Assembly (NCBI RefSeq): GCF_014841215.1
Contig: NZ_JACYTR010000019.1
Location: 14,177 to 78,176, forward strand
From: Pseudomarimonas arenosa
GTDB taxonomy: Bacteria; Pseudomonadota; Gammaproteobacteria; Xanthomonadales; Xanthomonadaceae
DNA length: 64,000 bases
Reading direction: 5' to 3'
Below, one piece after another: positions 8,866-19,897 of the stretch. Under the pieces are notes generated by a model. The model saw only the letters and a list, made by a program, of their open reading frames with translations. It did no database searches and had not been told where the DNA came from. Both the position numbers and the translations under genes were made by a program. How positions within the stretch are numbered: position 1 is the stretch's first letter; each line of letters starts with the position of its first letter.

Positions 8866-10823
8866 TTGTGACTGACCAGCCCATCCAAAACTCCCTGTTC
8901 GAGGAAGACTATCTTCTGCGCGAGCTCGGGCAAGTCGCGCATGTGCCGCAGGTTGCACTCACCGAGTTGGTCGCCAACGCATGGGACGCAGGGGCATCCA
9001 AGGTCGACCTGATTCTGCCCGATCACCTCGACGGAACTCTGACCGTGACCGACGACGGGCACGGTATGACACCGGAGCAATTCAAGAAGCGCTGGATGAC
9101 GTTGCGCTATGACCGCCTCCGCCATCAGGGCGCTAACGTCGAGTTTCCGCGTGGTCGGAATGCGCGGCCACGTCGGTCATACGGCCGCAACGGCGTAGGA
9201 CGACATGGCTTGTTGTGCTTCGCCGACGAGTACCAGGTGGAAACCTGGCGTGACGGTGTGTTAGCTACCTTTGTCGTCGGCACAGAGTCGGGGCCGAGCC
9301 CTTTTGTTCTGAGAAGCGAAACCCTCGGGCGATGCGAAGGAAGCGGTACGCGGCTCTCGGTCAGCGTGACGCGCAACCTACCCGATGCCTACGAAATCTT
9401 GACCGTACTGGCCGCTCGCTTCGTTCACGATCAAGAGTTCGAGATTCGCGTCAATGGCGCCCAGAGGTCTTTCAACGAGATTGAAGGCCGAGTCAGCGAG
9501 GAAACGTTGGTGCTAGGCCACGGCCGGACCGCCAAGGTAACCGTGATCGACTCGACCCACGTGAATCACTCGTCGGTGCACCAGGGTATCGCTTTCTGGG
9601 TGCAGGGACGACTGGTCGGCTCGCCATCTTGGACCATCGGGCAGGTCGCAAGCTTCGATGGACGAACACGTTTTGCGCGCCGCTACAAGGTCATCGTCGA
9701 CACTCAAGGGTTCGAGTCCGACGTTGAGCAGGATTGGACGGCGTTTCGTGCAACGGAGGATGTTCGAGACCTGCATCGAGCGACCGCTGAGCATATCGGC
9801 AAAGTGGCGCAGGACCTCGCATCATTTGTTGTCGAGGCGGCATCCGAGGACGCGCTAACACAAAACCGAGCGGAGCTCGCCTCACTTGGGCAAGGCGCCC
9901 GGCTTGAAGTCGCCGAATTCACCAAGGTCGTCGCCCAAGAACACCCAACGATTTCGCCCGACTTTCTGGCTACCGCCGTCAAGGCCGTTATCAATCTGGA
10001 ACGAACCAAGAGCGGCGCGGCGTTGCTGCAGAAGCTGTCTTCATTGCCGCCTGACGACGTCGACGGGCTCGATCGCCTACTCACCGAGTGGTCGATCAAG
10101 GACGCGCTTCGTGTTCTCGACGAGATCGACAGTCGAATCAGTGTGATTGAAACCATTCAGCGCTTGGCTGATGACCCGCACACCGACGAGCTTCATACGC
10201 TGCACCCACTGATTCTTCGCTCGCGATGGTTGTTTGGGCCTGAATTCGAGTCGCATGAATATTGTTCGAACGTCACGTTGAAGTCGGTGGCGCGCGAGCT
10301 TTTCAAGAGCACTGAAGCTCAGTTCATCAATGAACGACAGCGTCCCGACATTGTTGTGCTGCCTGACAAGACCACGTGGCAGATGACGGGCATCGAATCC
10401 TTCAATCCTGCAGATCCAACGCTCACGCAGATTCAGAACGTACTTGTTATTGAGCTCAAGAAGGGCGGATTCGAGCTAACGCGCAAGGAAGTGAACCAAG
10501 CTGACGGTTACGTGCAAGACATTGCTCAATCTGGTGCGATGTCAGGCGCGCCGCACGTTTGTGCTTGGGTAGTGGGGCAGACGATCGGGGCGGGCGTAGA
10601 GCGCGATAAACGGCTCGGCAATCCAGAATATGGTCGGGTCCGAGCTGCCACATTCGCCTGGTTGGTGGACACGGCAAACGCTCGACTGCTTCGACTGCGG
10701 ACTGTGCTGGCAGACCGCTATGGCGGCGCAACTACAGACGGTCTACTCAATCGCGTCCTCTCCTCACATCCGCAGATGGACTTAACATATCGTCAGGGTG
10801 TTGCGAATGTCGGCATTAAATAG
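8862..10823 (+). CDS. GHKL/HATPase_c (MORC-like) ATPase, N-terminal, fused to a C-terminal PD-(D/E)xK-like region; defence-associated, function unknown
   Basis: Bergerat-fold N-box and G1 box (ELVANAWDAGAS ... DDGHGM) in the first 70 aa. C-terminal D...(E/V)xK-like pattern (RPDIVVLPD ... VLVIELKKGG). GTG start overlaps the hsdM stop (GTGA). Confidence 0.65.
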   Translation: MIVTDQPIQNSLFEEDYLLRELGQVAHVPQVALTELVANAWDAGASKVDLILPDHLDGTLTVTDDGHGMTPEQFKKRWMTLRYDRLRHQGANVEFPRGRNARPRRSYGRNGVGRHGLLCFADEYQVETWRDGVLATFVVGTESGPSPFVLRSETLGRCEGSGTRLSVSVTRNLPDAYEILTVLAARFVHDQEFEIRVNGAQRSFNEIEGRVSEETLVLGHGRTAKVTVIDSTHVNHSSVHQGIAFWVQGRLVGSPSWTIGQVASFDGRTRFARRYKVIVDTQGFESDVEQDWTAFRATEDVRDLHRATAEHIGKVAQDLASFVVEAASEDALTQNRAELASLGQGARLEVAEFTKVVAQEHPTISPDFLATAVKAVINLERTKSGAALLQKLSSLPPDDVDGLDRLLTEWSIKDALRVLDEIDSRISVIETIQRLADDPHTDELHTLHPLILRSRWLFGPEFESHEYCSNVTLKSVARELFKSTEAQFINERQRPDIVVLPDKTTWQMTGIESFNPADPTLTQIQNVLVIELKKGGFELTRKEVNQADGYVQDIAQSGAMSGAPHVCAWVVGQTIGAGVERDKRLGNPEYGRVRAATFAWLVDTANARLLRLRTVLADRYGGATTDGLLNRVLSSHPQMDLTYRQGVANVGIK

Positions 10824-10876
10824 CGACTTCCGACCTTGGCTTGTTGACTTGGCTCAGATGACGGCCGAGGTGGTGC

Positions 10877-11530
10877 ATGGCTAACCACTATGCCAGCCTG
10901 AATCCGGACAAAGCACTGATTTGGCGTATTGTCCATGCTGACAATCTCTCATGGATACTCGATAACGGCTTGCACTGTGGCAACGGCGGTGTGGTCGCGC
11001 CAGGGTGGGTGAGCATCGGGAATCCAGAGCTGATTGATAAGCGCGCCAACCACCCCGTGCCGGTGCCTCCCGGTGGCTGCCTTAATGATTATGTGCCCTT
11101 CTATTTCACCCCGTTCTCTCCGATGCTGCGCAACATCAACACCGGATGGGGCGGAGTTCAGAAGCGGCCCAACGACGAGATATTGATTCTTGTTTCAAGC
11201 TTGCGCCACGTTGCAGAGCAAGGGTGGCCGTTCCTATTTACGGACAGTCACGCCTATTACCTGTGGGCCAATTTCTACTCAGAACTGACAGATTTGGACA
11301 AAGTCGATTGGCCTCTGCTGCAGGCGCGGGATTTTCGACGTGATCCGGATGATCCCGCCAAGTTCGAGCGTTATCAGGCGGAGGCCTTGGTATATCGGCA
11401 CTTGCCGATTAGTGGCCTGCTTGGCATTGTGTGCTACACCGATCAGGTAAAGCGCGCTGTTGAGGATCAGCTCGGGCGAAGAAACCTAAGCCTGCCTGTC
11501 CATGCTCGCGCCGGATGGTACTTCCGATGA
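10877..11530 (+). CDS. darT: DarT, ssDNA ADP-ribosyltransferase toxin (DUF4433)
   Basis: Strong matches to the DarT core: [36 protein letters not shown]-terminal GWYF. About 217 aa. Followed by a macrodomain gene with ATGA overlap. Confidence 0.9.
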   Translation: MANHYASLNPDKALIWRIVHADNLSWILDNGLHCGNGGVVAPGWVSIGNPELIDKRANHPVPVPPGGCLNDYVPFYFTPFSPMLRNINTGWGGVQKRPNDEILILVSSLRHVAEQGWPFLFTDSHAYYLWANFYSELTDLDKVDWPLLQARDFRRDPDDPAKFERYQAEALVYRHLPISGLLGIVCYTDQVKRAVEDQLGRRNLSLPVHARAGWYFR

Positions 11531-12597
11531 TTACATTCACCCAAGGCAATCTGCTGGAGGCCCGCGTCGAGGCGCTGGTCAATACCGTCAACACTGTCGG
11601 CGTGATGGGCAAGGGCATAGCGCTCATGTTCAAGGAGCGATTCGCTGAGAACTTTCGCCTCTACGCTGCAGCCTGCAAAGCCAACGAGGTGCAGGTTGGA
11701 AAAATGTTCATCACTCCTGTCAGTGAATTGGACGGCCCGCGGTGGATTGTTAATTTTCCGACCAAACAACATTGGCGTGGTGATTCCAAGATTGAATGGA
11801 TCATTGAGGGTTTGCAGGATCTCCGGCAATTCGTGACGAGTAGTCAGATCAAGTCCATTGCCATTCCTCCACTGGGCGCGGGAAACGGCGGATTGGAATG
11901 GGCCGAAGTCAGAGCCCAGATCGAGGAAGTGCTTGCTGGCTTGGATAGCGAGATTCTCGTATTTGAGCCGACGCAAAAGTACCAAAACGTGGCCAAACGA
12001 GCGGGCGTAGAGAAGCTGACCCCGGCGCGCGCGCTAATCGCTGAAGTGGTGCGTCGATACTGGGTGCTCGGCATCGATTGCAGCATGCTGGAGATCCAGA
12101 AGCTGGCTTGGTTTCTGGAACGCAATATTGAGCGAATGGGGCTCCAGCCGCTTGATCTGCGCTTCGTGCCCCACAAGTATGGTCCCTACGCCGATCGGCT
12201 GCGCCATTTGTTGAACGGGCTGGATGGGAGCTACTTGCACTGCGACAAACGAGTAGGGGATGCCGATCCTCAAGACGTTATCTGGTTCGATGACGCGCGC
12301 AAGGCGGTGGTCCAGGCCTATCTCAAGAGCGAGGCAAAGGAATACGCTGCAGCATTGGAGGCCACTTCAACACTGATTGATGGCTTCGAGTCTCCTTTTG
12401 GTTTGGAGTTGCTTGCGACAGTGGATTGGCTATTAAAGGAGGGGGTATCACCGACCGTCTCTGCGGTCAGTTCGGGCTTGCGAGATTGGAGTGGTGATCC
12501 GGAGGCAGCGGAACGTAAGGTTAGGTTGTTCAACGAACGGGCGCTGAGCGTTGCGCTCAATCGCCTCGCGCCAAGCGCAACCGCTGCGGCAACTTGA
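11527..12597 (+). CDS. darG: DarG, macrodomain ADP-ribosyl-DNA glycohydrolase antitoxin with a C-terminal DarT-binding domain
   Basis: N-terminal macrodomain motifs ([20 protein letters not shown] ... [13 protein letters not shown]). About 356 aa. ATG at 11527 overlaps the darT stop. Confidence 0.85.
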   Translation: MITFTQGNLLEARVEALVNTVNTVGVMGKGIALMFKERFAENFRLYAAACKANEVQVGKMFITPVSELDGPRWIVNFPTKQHWRGDSKIEWIIEGLQDLRQFVTSSQIKSIAIPPLGAGNGGLEWAEVRAQIEEVLAGLDSEILVFEPTQKYQNVAKRAGVEKLTPARALIAEVVRRYWVLGIDCSMLEIQKLAWFLERNIERMGLQPLDLRFVPHKYGPYADRLRHLLNGLDGSYLHCDKRVGDADPQDVIWFDDARKAVVQAYLKSEAKEYAAALEATSTLIDGFESPFGLELLATVDWLLKEGVSPTVSAVSSGLRDWSGDPEAAERKVRLFNERALSVALNRLAPSATAAAT

Positions 12598-12760
12598 TTC
12601 GGGCGAGACGCGGTTGGTGGCGGTGCAGCAGCGGTACACAGCTCAGTTCGACCCGGTTCGGCCAACCTTCGCTAAGCTTCTGATTTCAAACTACTTTCGG
12701 CTTCCGCTCCCTTCGCTCACCTTCGCTTGTTTTTCAGTACCTTACTGATTTCCAAGCGAA

Positions 12761-12805
12761 CTCATAATCCTTTGGTTCCAGGTTCGAATCCTGGTGGGCC
12801 CACCA
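12761..12805 (+). mobile_element. Orphan 3' fragment (about 45 nt) of a tRNA with a CAU anticodon, from the anticodon loop through T-arm, acceptor 3' strand and CCA. Probable attR direct repeat of the integrated element.
   Basis: CTCATAATCCTTTGGTTCCAGGTTCGAATCCTGGTGGGCCCACCA. T-arm CCAGG-TTCGAAT-CCTGG, acceptor 3' strand TGGGCCC, discriminator A, CCA. No complementary 5' acceptor strand (GGGCCCA) upstream, so not a complete gene. Confidence 0.5.
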
Positions 12806-13026
12806 ATCCGCTGAGTCTCATGGCGCGGGTATTCGATGGCACGTGCAATACCGCTGCCGGGCGAGTTCAACACAGCAATCCTGCCAATGCCAAGCGGGTG
12901 GTCAACGCCGTGCACAGCACACAAAGCCCGAATCTTGCCGCTGATTCGCCCCAGCAGTCGACACGGTGCCCAGCCATCAACTGATTGACGGCGATGCAGG
13001 CTTGTGTAAACATACGCGGCTCTGTT

Positions 13027-13103
13027 GGCTATGTAGCTCAGCCGGTTAGAGCACGGCACTCATAATGCCGGGGTCGGTGGTTCGAGTCCACCCATAGCCA
13101 CCA
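13027..13103 (+). tRNA. tRNA-Met (anticodon CAT), elongator-type
   Basis: GGCTATGTAGCTCAGCCGGTTAGAGCACGGCACTCATAATGCCGGGGTCGGTGGTTCGAGTCCACCCATAGCCACCA folds as a canonical cloverleaf. Very similar to E. coli tRNA-Met (metT). A Lys-tRNA-Ile2 is not excluded. Confidence 0.85.
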
Positions 13104-13233
13104 ACAGATCCAGCTGCCTAAGCAGCCAGCCGCACAACCTCGCCTTGCGCGGGGTTTTGTGTTTTTGGCGTCAGCGCATGGTCGTCTGATCCGCGTTTCG
13201 AGGCGTTGCACGAGATGGCGAACTCCGGGCTAG

Positions 13234-15423
<2,190 letters not shown>

Positions 15424-15464
15424 CCGCCCAGTCTAGCGACGATGCCGCCTTAGCGCAGTTCCAA

Positions 15465-16139
15465 TCAGTGTGCCGCCTGGGCTTTTGCTTTGCCGTTGCC
15501 CGACTGATGCATCACTCGATCGGTCCAGGCGATACCCAGTGCCGAGAGGATAAAGGCGCTGTGGATGATGGTTTGCCAAAGAACGCCTGCTTCGCTCAAA
15601 TGGCTGCAGGCTGCTTTGACGTTAGCCAAATTGGCCGCAGCGTCGGCTGCGCGCATGATCTCGTGTATCGCCGCGGTGGCCTGGTATGCCTCCAAGCTGC
15701 CGCACACCGGTAGTGCGCCGATCGAACCGGCGGCGATGAAGGTCTTCAGCAGATGGATCGAGGATATACCGATAATGGCGGTGGCCAGCTTGACCTTCAG
15801 TACGCCGGCATTGACGTGACTCAGCCACTCAGGCTGGTCAGGATGGCCTTGCAGTCGTAGCCGCGAGACAAAGGTCTCATAGCCGCCAACGATTACCATC
15901 ACCAGCAGATTGCTGATCATCACCACGTCGATCAGGCCCAGCACGATCAGCATGATCTGTTGCTCGCCCAGCGCCAGCCCGTCGGTGATCAGGTGCCAGA
16001 GCTCCTTGACGAACAGCACTACATACACGGCCTGGGCCAGAATCAAGCCGAGATACAGGGGCAGCTGCATCCAGCGCGAGCCGAAAATAAGGTCGGCCAG
16101 AATGCCTCGGCGGGCGTTGTCTTGAGTTTGCAGGCTCAT
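15465..16139 (-). CDS. UPF0114/YqhA-family inner membrane protein
   Basis: 224-aa polytopic membrane protein resembling the YqhA family. Confidence 0.55.
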   Translation of the reverse strand: MSLQTQDNARRGILADLIFGSRWMQLPLYLGLILAQAVYVVLFVKELWHLITDGLALGEQQIMLIVLGLIDVVMISNLLVMVIVGGYETFVSRLRLQGHPDQPEWLSHVNAGVLKVKLATAIIGISSIHLLKTFIAAGSIGALPVCGSLEAYQATAAIHEIMRAADAAANLANVKAACSHLSEAGVLWQTIIHSAFILSALGIAWTDRVMHQSGNGKAKAQAAH

Positions 16140-16177
16140 GGGGCTTTCAAGCAGATTTGAACAGCAGGGCGCGAAGG

Positions 16178-17506
16178 TTAGACTGCCGCCGCTTCCGTGC
16201 CAAGGGGCGCGCTGCGCTTCAACACCGCGTCGATCTCGTGTACGGTCCGCTCCACCGCGCCGCGTGCCCCGGCCACGCTGCTGCTGGCGGCCTCGCCCAT
16301 GCGCTGGCGCAGGTTCTGGTCGGCAAACAGGGTCTGTACTTCCTGCGCCAGTTGCTCGGCATTGGCAACCCGAAGCGCGGCGCCGCGATCGAGCAGCAAA
16401 TCAGTCACTTCAGTGAAATTGAAGGTGTGCGGCCCGACCAGCACGGGTACACCGAGAGCGGCCGGCTCCAATACGTTGTGGCCGCCAATCGGGTCGAAGC
16501 TTCCGGCGACGAAGGCGACATCGGCGCAGGCCAAGAAGGGCACCAACTCGCCCAATGTGTCGATGATGAAGCACTGAGTATGCGCACTGGGCATGCGCTG
16601 TTCGCTGCGGGTGGCGGTGTTGAAACCATGGCCGCGACACAGCTGCGACATCGGCTTGAAACGCTCGGGATGGCGCGGCGCGACCAGCAAGAGGGCATCA
16701 GGAAAGCGACGCAGGATGCGCGCATGAGCATCCACCACCGGCCATTCCTCGCCTTCGTGGGTACTAGCCGCAATCCACACCGGGCGGCGTTCACCCCAGT
16801 GCTTGCGGCGTTCAGCGGCCTGGCCAGTGATCTCTGCCGGTACCCGCATGTCGAACTTCAGGTTGCCGACGATCTGCAGCTGCTGCGGGCGCACGCCCAG
16901 CGACAGAAAGCGCTCGGCATCGCCCTGTGACTGAGCGGCCACGATCTCGACACATTGCGCCGCCCAGCGAGCCAGGGGGCGCACCGGCCCGTAGCCGCGC
17001 AGGGATTTTTCCGACAGCCGTGCATTGGCCAACACGATGGGGATATTGCGTCGATCGCACTCGAAATACAGATTGGGCCAGATCTCGGTTTCCATCACCA
17101 CAGCGATGCTGGGTCGAATCCGTCGCAAGAAGCGCTTGACGGCTGCCGGCAGATCGTAGGGCAGATAGACATGAAAAACCTGATCCTTCCACAGTTGCCG
17201 CACCCGATCGGAGCCGGTCGGAGTGACCGTGGTGACCACCATGGGGCGGTTGGCGTAGCGAATGCGCAGCGCATCGATCAGCGGTGCTGCGGCGTTGACC
17301 TCGCCAACCGACACCGCGTGCACCCAGATGGCATGGTCGAATCCCGGAGGTGGAAAAAAGCCGAAGCGCTCCAGCCAGCGCGAAAAGTAGCCGCGCAGAC
17401 GCAAGCCGCGCGCCGCCAGGCGATACAGGATGACCGGCGTTACCAGGTACATGGTGAGGGTGTAAAGCGCGCGCATGAATCGGCGGCGCCAGGAGCGAGA
17501 GCGCAT
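16178..17506 (-). CDS. waaA: 3-deoxy-D-manno-octulosonic acid (Kdo) transferase WaaA/KdtA
   Basis: HAVSVGE motif and GT30 family architecture. About 440 aa. Confidence 0.9.
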   Translation of the reverse strand: MRSRSWRRRFMRALYTLTMYLVTPVILYRLAARGLRLRGYFSRWLERFGFFPPPGFDHAIWVHAVSVGEVNAAAPLIDALRIRYANRPMVVTTVTPTGSDRVRQLWKDQVFHVYLPYDLPAAVKRFLRRIRPSIAVVMETEIWPNLYFECDRRNIPIVLANARLSEKSLRGYGPVRPLARWAAQCVEIVAAQSQGDAERFLSLGVRPQQLQIVGNLKFDMRVPAEITGQAAERRKHWGERRPVWIAASTHEGEEWPVVDAHARILRRFPDALLLVAPRHPERFKPMSQLCRGHGFNTATRSEQRMPSAHTQCFIIDTLGELVPFLACADVAFVAGSFDPIGGHNVLEPAALGVPVLVGPHTFNFTEVTDLLLDRGAALRVANAEQLAQEVQTLFADQNLRQRMGEAASSSVAGARGAVERTVHEIDAVLKRSAPLGTEAAAV

Positions 17507-17609
17507 CTGCGAAGGATACCGGAAGGCGTGTTCACTGGCGTGCTCGGCCGAATCTCACGACGGTAGCCAGCACAGACCCGCGGCGGGCAAGCAGCTACAC
17601 TTGCCGGCC

Positions 17610-18515
17610 ATGCCGACGCTTAGTTCACCACCCCCGACCCGGCTGGCCGATTGGCCGGTGCGCTGCGCCATCCTCATCGGCAAGGGGCTGGCCCGACTGC
17701 CTTGGTCGTGGCAGCTGCGCCTCGGGCGCGTACTCGGATTCTTGCTCGCTGGCCTGCTGCCGTCTCGCCGCCGGGCGGCGCAACGCAACATCGAGTTGTG
17801 CTTTCCTGATCTCAGCGCCGCCGAGCGCAAGCGGCGGGTGCGCGACAGCTTCGCCGCACTGGGCGTTGGGGTATTTGAGTTTCTGCGCGCGTGGTGGGGT
17901 GATATCGACCGGTTGCGCGCGGTGACCCGTATCGAGGGCTTGCCGGTGCTGCAGGCGCTGATCGCCGAAAAGCGCGGAATCTTGCTGATCTCGGGTCATT
18001 TCCTCACCCTGGAGCTGTGCGGACGATTGCTCTGCGATCACGCCCCACTGGCGGGCATGTATCGTGCCCATGACCAGCGCTGGATGGAGTTCGAAGTGCT
18101 GAGGGGACGCCTGCGCTATGCGGCCGCCATGTTTACTCGCGATGAGCTGCGCGGCGCGATTCGTCATCTCAAGCACGGCGGCATCCTGTGGTACGCACCG
18201 GATCAGGACATGCGTGGCAAGGACACGGTGTTCGCGCCGTTCTTCGGCATTCCGGCGGCCAGCATTACCGCCACCCATCAGTTGGCGCGCTTGACCGGCG
18301 CGGCGGTGGTGCCGTTCTTTCATCGCCGCGAAGGTGACCGCTATGTGCTGCGGGTCGAGCCGCCGTTGCCGGACTTCCCCAGCGATGACGCTACCGCCGA
18401 CACGGCCAGGGTTAATGCCTGCATCGAGGCCATGGTGCGCGAAGCGCCTGAGCAATATTTGTGGGTGCACAAGCGCTTCAAGCGTCGACCGGCCGGCGAG
18501 TCTAGTCTGTATTAG
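17610..18515 (+). CDS. Lipid A biosynthesis (Kdo)2-lipid IVA acyltransferase (LpxL/HtrB family)
   Basis: LPLAT/HtrB-like fold about 300 aa from ATG 17610 (MPTLSS...). Adjacent to waaA. Upstream in-frame extension from 17475 is probably not translated. Confidence 0.7.
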   Translation: MPTLSSPPPTRLADWPVRCAILIGKGLARLPWSWQLRLGRVLGFLLAGLLPSRRRAAQRNIELCFPDLSAAERKRRVRDSFAALGVGVFEFLRAWWGDIDRLRAVTRIEGLPVLQALIAEKRGILLISGHFLTLELCGRLLCDHAPLAGMYRAHDQRWMEFEVLRGRLRYAAAMFTRDELRGAIRHLKHGGILWYAPDQDMRGKDTVFAPFFGIPAASITATHQLARLTGAAVVPFFHRREGDRYVLRVEPPLPDFPSDDATADTARVNACIEAMVREAPEQYLWVHKRFKRRPAGESSLY

Positions 18516-18643
18516 CGGAGCGGCTAATCGATGGGCTGCTCGTGCCGACGACGTAGTCGCTGTGAATCGCCTGCGCGCCAGCAAATTTACCGGACGCGCG
18601 GGACTTGGAGTTGAACAGGATGTTCAAGCTTCAAGTGGCCGAA

Positions 18644-19897
18644 TCAAGAAGGATTCGGCAGTTGCCTGCGGCTCTGTCCGGCCCAGCTCGCCAGCCAGCC
18701 GGCCGCCAGCACCAACAGCAGGCCGCCCCATTCGCTGGCATACACTGCATAGTGTGTGTTAAGTGGAAACAGCATGGCGATCAGCGCCGTTGCCCAGGCG
18801 CTGCGGTAGCTGCTCCGCGCCAGCGCGCACTGCCGTGACTGCCGCAGCAGCAGCCCGATAGCCACCAGCCATAGCAGCAGCCCCAGCAGACCGGTTTCTG
18901 ACAGCAACTCAAGCACGATGTTATGGGCGTGGGCGGCGCCCTTGCCGGCAGCGAAGTCGACCCAGGGATCACCCGGCGATGCGAAGTCGGCGTAGACATC
19001 GCGGTAGGCGCGCACGCCGACACCATTGATCGGGTGCGCCACGGCCATGCGCGCCGCGTTCTCCCAGATCGGCAAGCGAAACGCCAGGGCATGATCCAGC
19101 CCTTCGCGATCGGCGCTCAACACGGCCAGGCTGCGGTCGATCCGCGAGGCGAAGCTGGTTGAGGTCTGATAGGCCAGGGTGCCGAGCAGTAGCCCGGCAG
19201 CCAGCATACCGAGCAGGGCTTGTGCGCTGCGTCGCGCGCCCAGCTCAACATAACAAAGGCTTCCGACAACGACCGCCAGCATGATCCAGGCCGAGCGGGT
19301 GCCGGCCAATAACACGGCAGTGCCGACCAGGGTCAGGGCGGCCAGCGCCCAGCCAGGATGGCGTCGCCAGGCGGAGACCAGCAGGAAGGGGCAAAGCGCC
19401 ACCAGCATCGGGCCCAGCTTGAGGTCCTCCGCGCCGAAGATGCCGCTGAGTCGGTCCTGACTGCTCTGCCCGCCCAGGCTGAGGCCGGTGCTGGCCTGTA
19501 GCAGGGCATCGCCGCCCCATAACAGAACGATCCATCCCAGTCCTTGCGCGCAGCGCTCGGCGCGCTGCCCCTGACTGAGCTCGAGGGTGAAGTACAGCAG
19601 CATCGGCAGGTAGCGCAGATCAACCGCGACCTCGAGCCAGCTACGCTGAGCTGATAGCGAATCAACGGCCGACAGCAACTCGGGCAGCCAGTAACCGAGA
19701 AACAGCAGCAAGGTCATGGCTGCGGGGCGGCTGCGCAGGCGACCCGGTGTGCGCAGACAGATCATCAGTCCGAGAAGTGCGGCCAATGCCATCGGCAACT
19801 CGGCAATCCGGCCGAACGGCAGCACGGCGACCGCAGCCCAGAGCAGCCAGACCGGCAGCGCGTTCACCCGCCGCTCTCCGGCAGAAACGGGCAGCAC
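18644..19897 (-). CDS. O-antigen ligase-like (WaaL/Wzy_C family) polytopic membrane protein
   Basis: About 12 predicted TM segments with a large periplasmic loop. Sits in the LPS core cluster. Confidence 0.55.
   Translation of the reverse strand: MLPVSAGERRVNALPVWLLWAAVAVLPFGRIAELPMALAALLGLMICLRTPGRLRSRPAAMTLLLFLGYWLPELLSAVDSLSAQRSWLEVAVDLRYLPMLLYFTLELSQGQRAERCAQGLGWIVLLWGGDALLQASTGLSLGGQSSQDRLSGIFGAEDLKLGPMLVALCPFLLVSAWRRHPGWALAALTLVGTAVLLAGTRSAWIMLAVVVGSLCYVELGARRSAQALLGMLAAGLLLGTLAYQTSTSFASRIDRSLAVLSADREGLDHALAFRLPIWENAARMAVAHPINGVGVRAYRDVYADFASPGDPWVDFAAGKGAAHAHNIVLELLSETGLLGLLLWLVAIGLLLRQSRQCALARSSYRSAWATALIAMLFPLNTHYAVYASEWGGLLLVLAAGWLASWAGQSRRQLPNPS

Noticed and set aside
12721-12805. 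Possibility that the tRNA-like 3' fragment is a complete tRNA or tmRNA gene
   Set aside because: No complementary 5' acceptor strand (GGGCCCA) or D-arm within 90 nt upstream. Anticodon-stem pairing fails on the 5' side. Only the 3' 45 nt are tRNA-like.
13104-13180. Intrinsic terminator after tRNA-Met (CCTCGCCTTGCGCGGGGTTTTGTGTTTTTGG)
   Set aside because: T-rich tail is present but the preceding stem is short and imperfect. Left uncalled.
17475-17609. N-terminal 45-aa extension of the lpxL-like ORF
   Set aside because: Overlaps the divergent waaA start region. The Arg-rich extension precedes a good internal ATG with a typical LpxL N-terminus.
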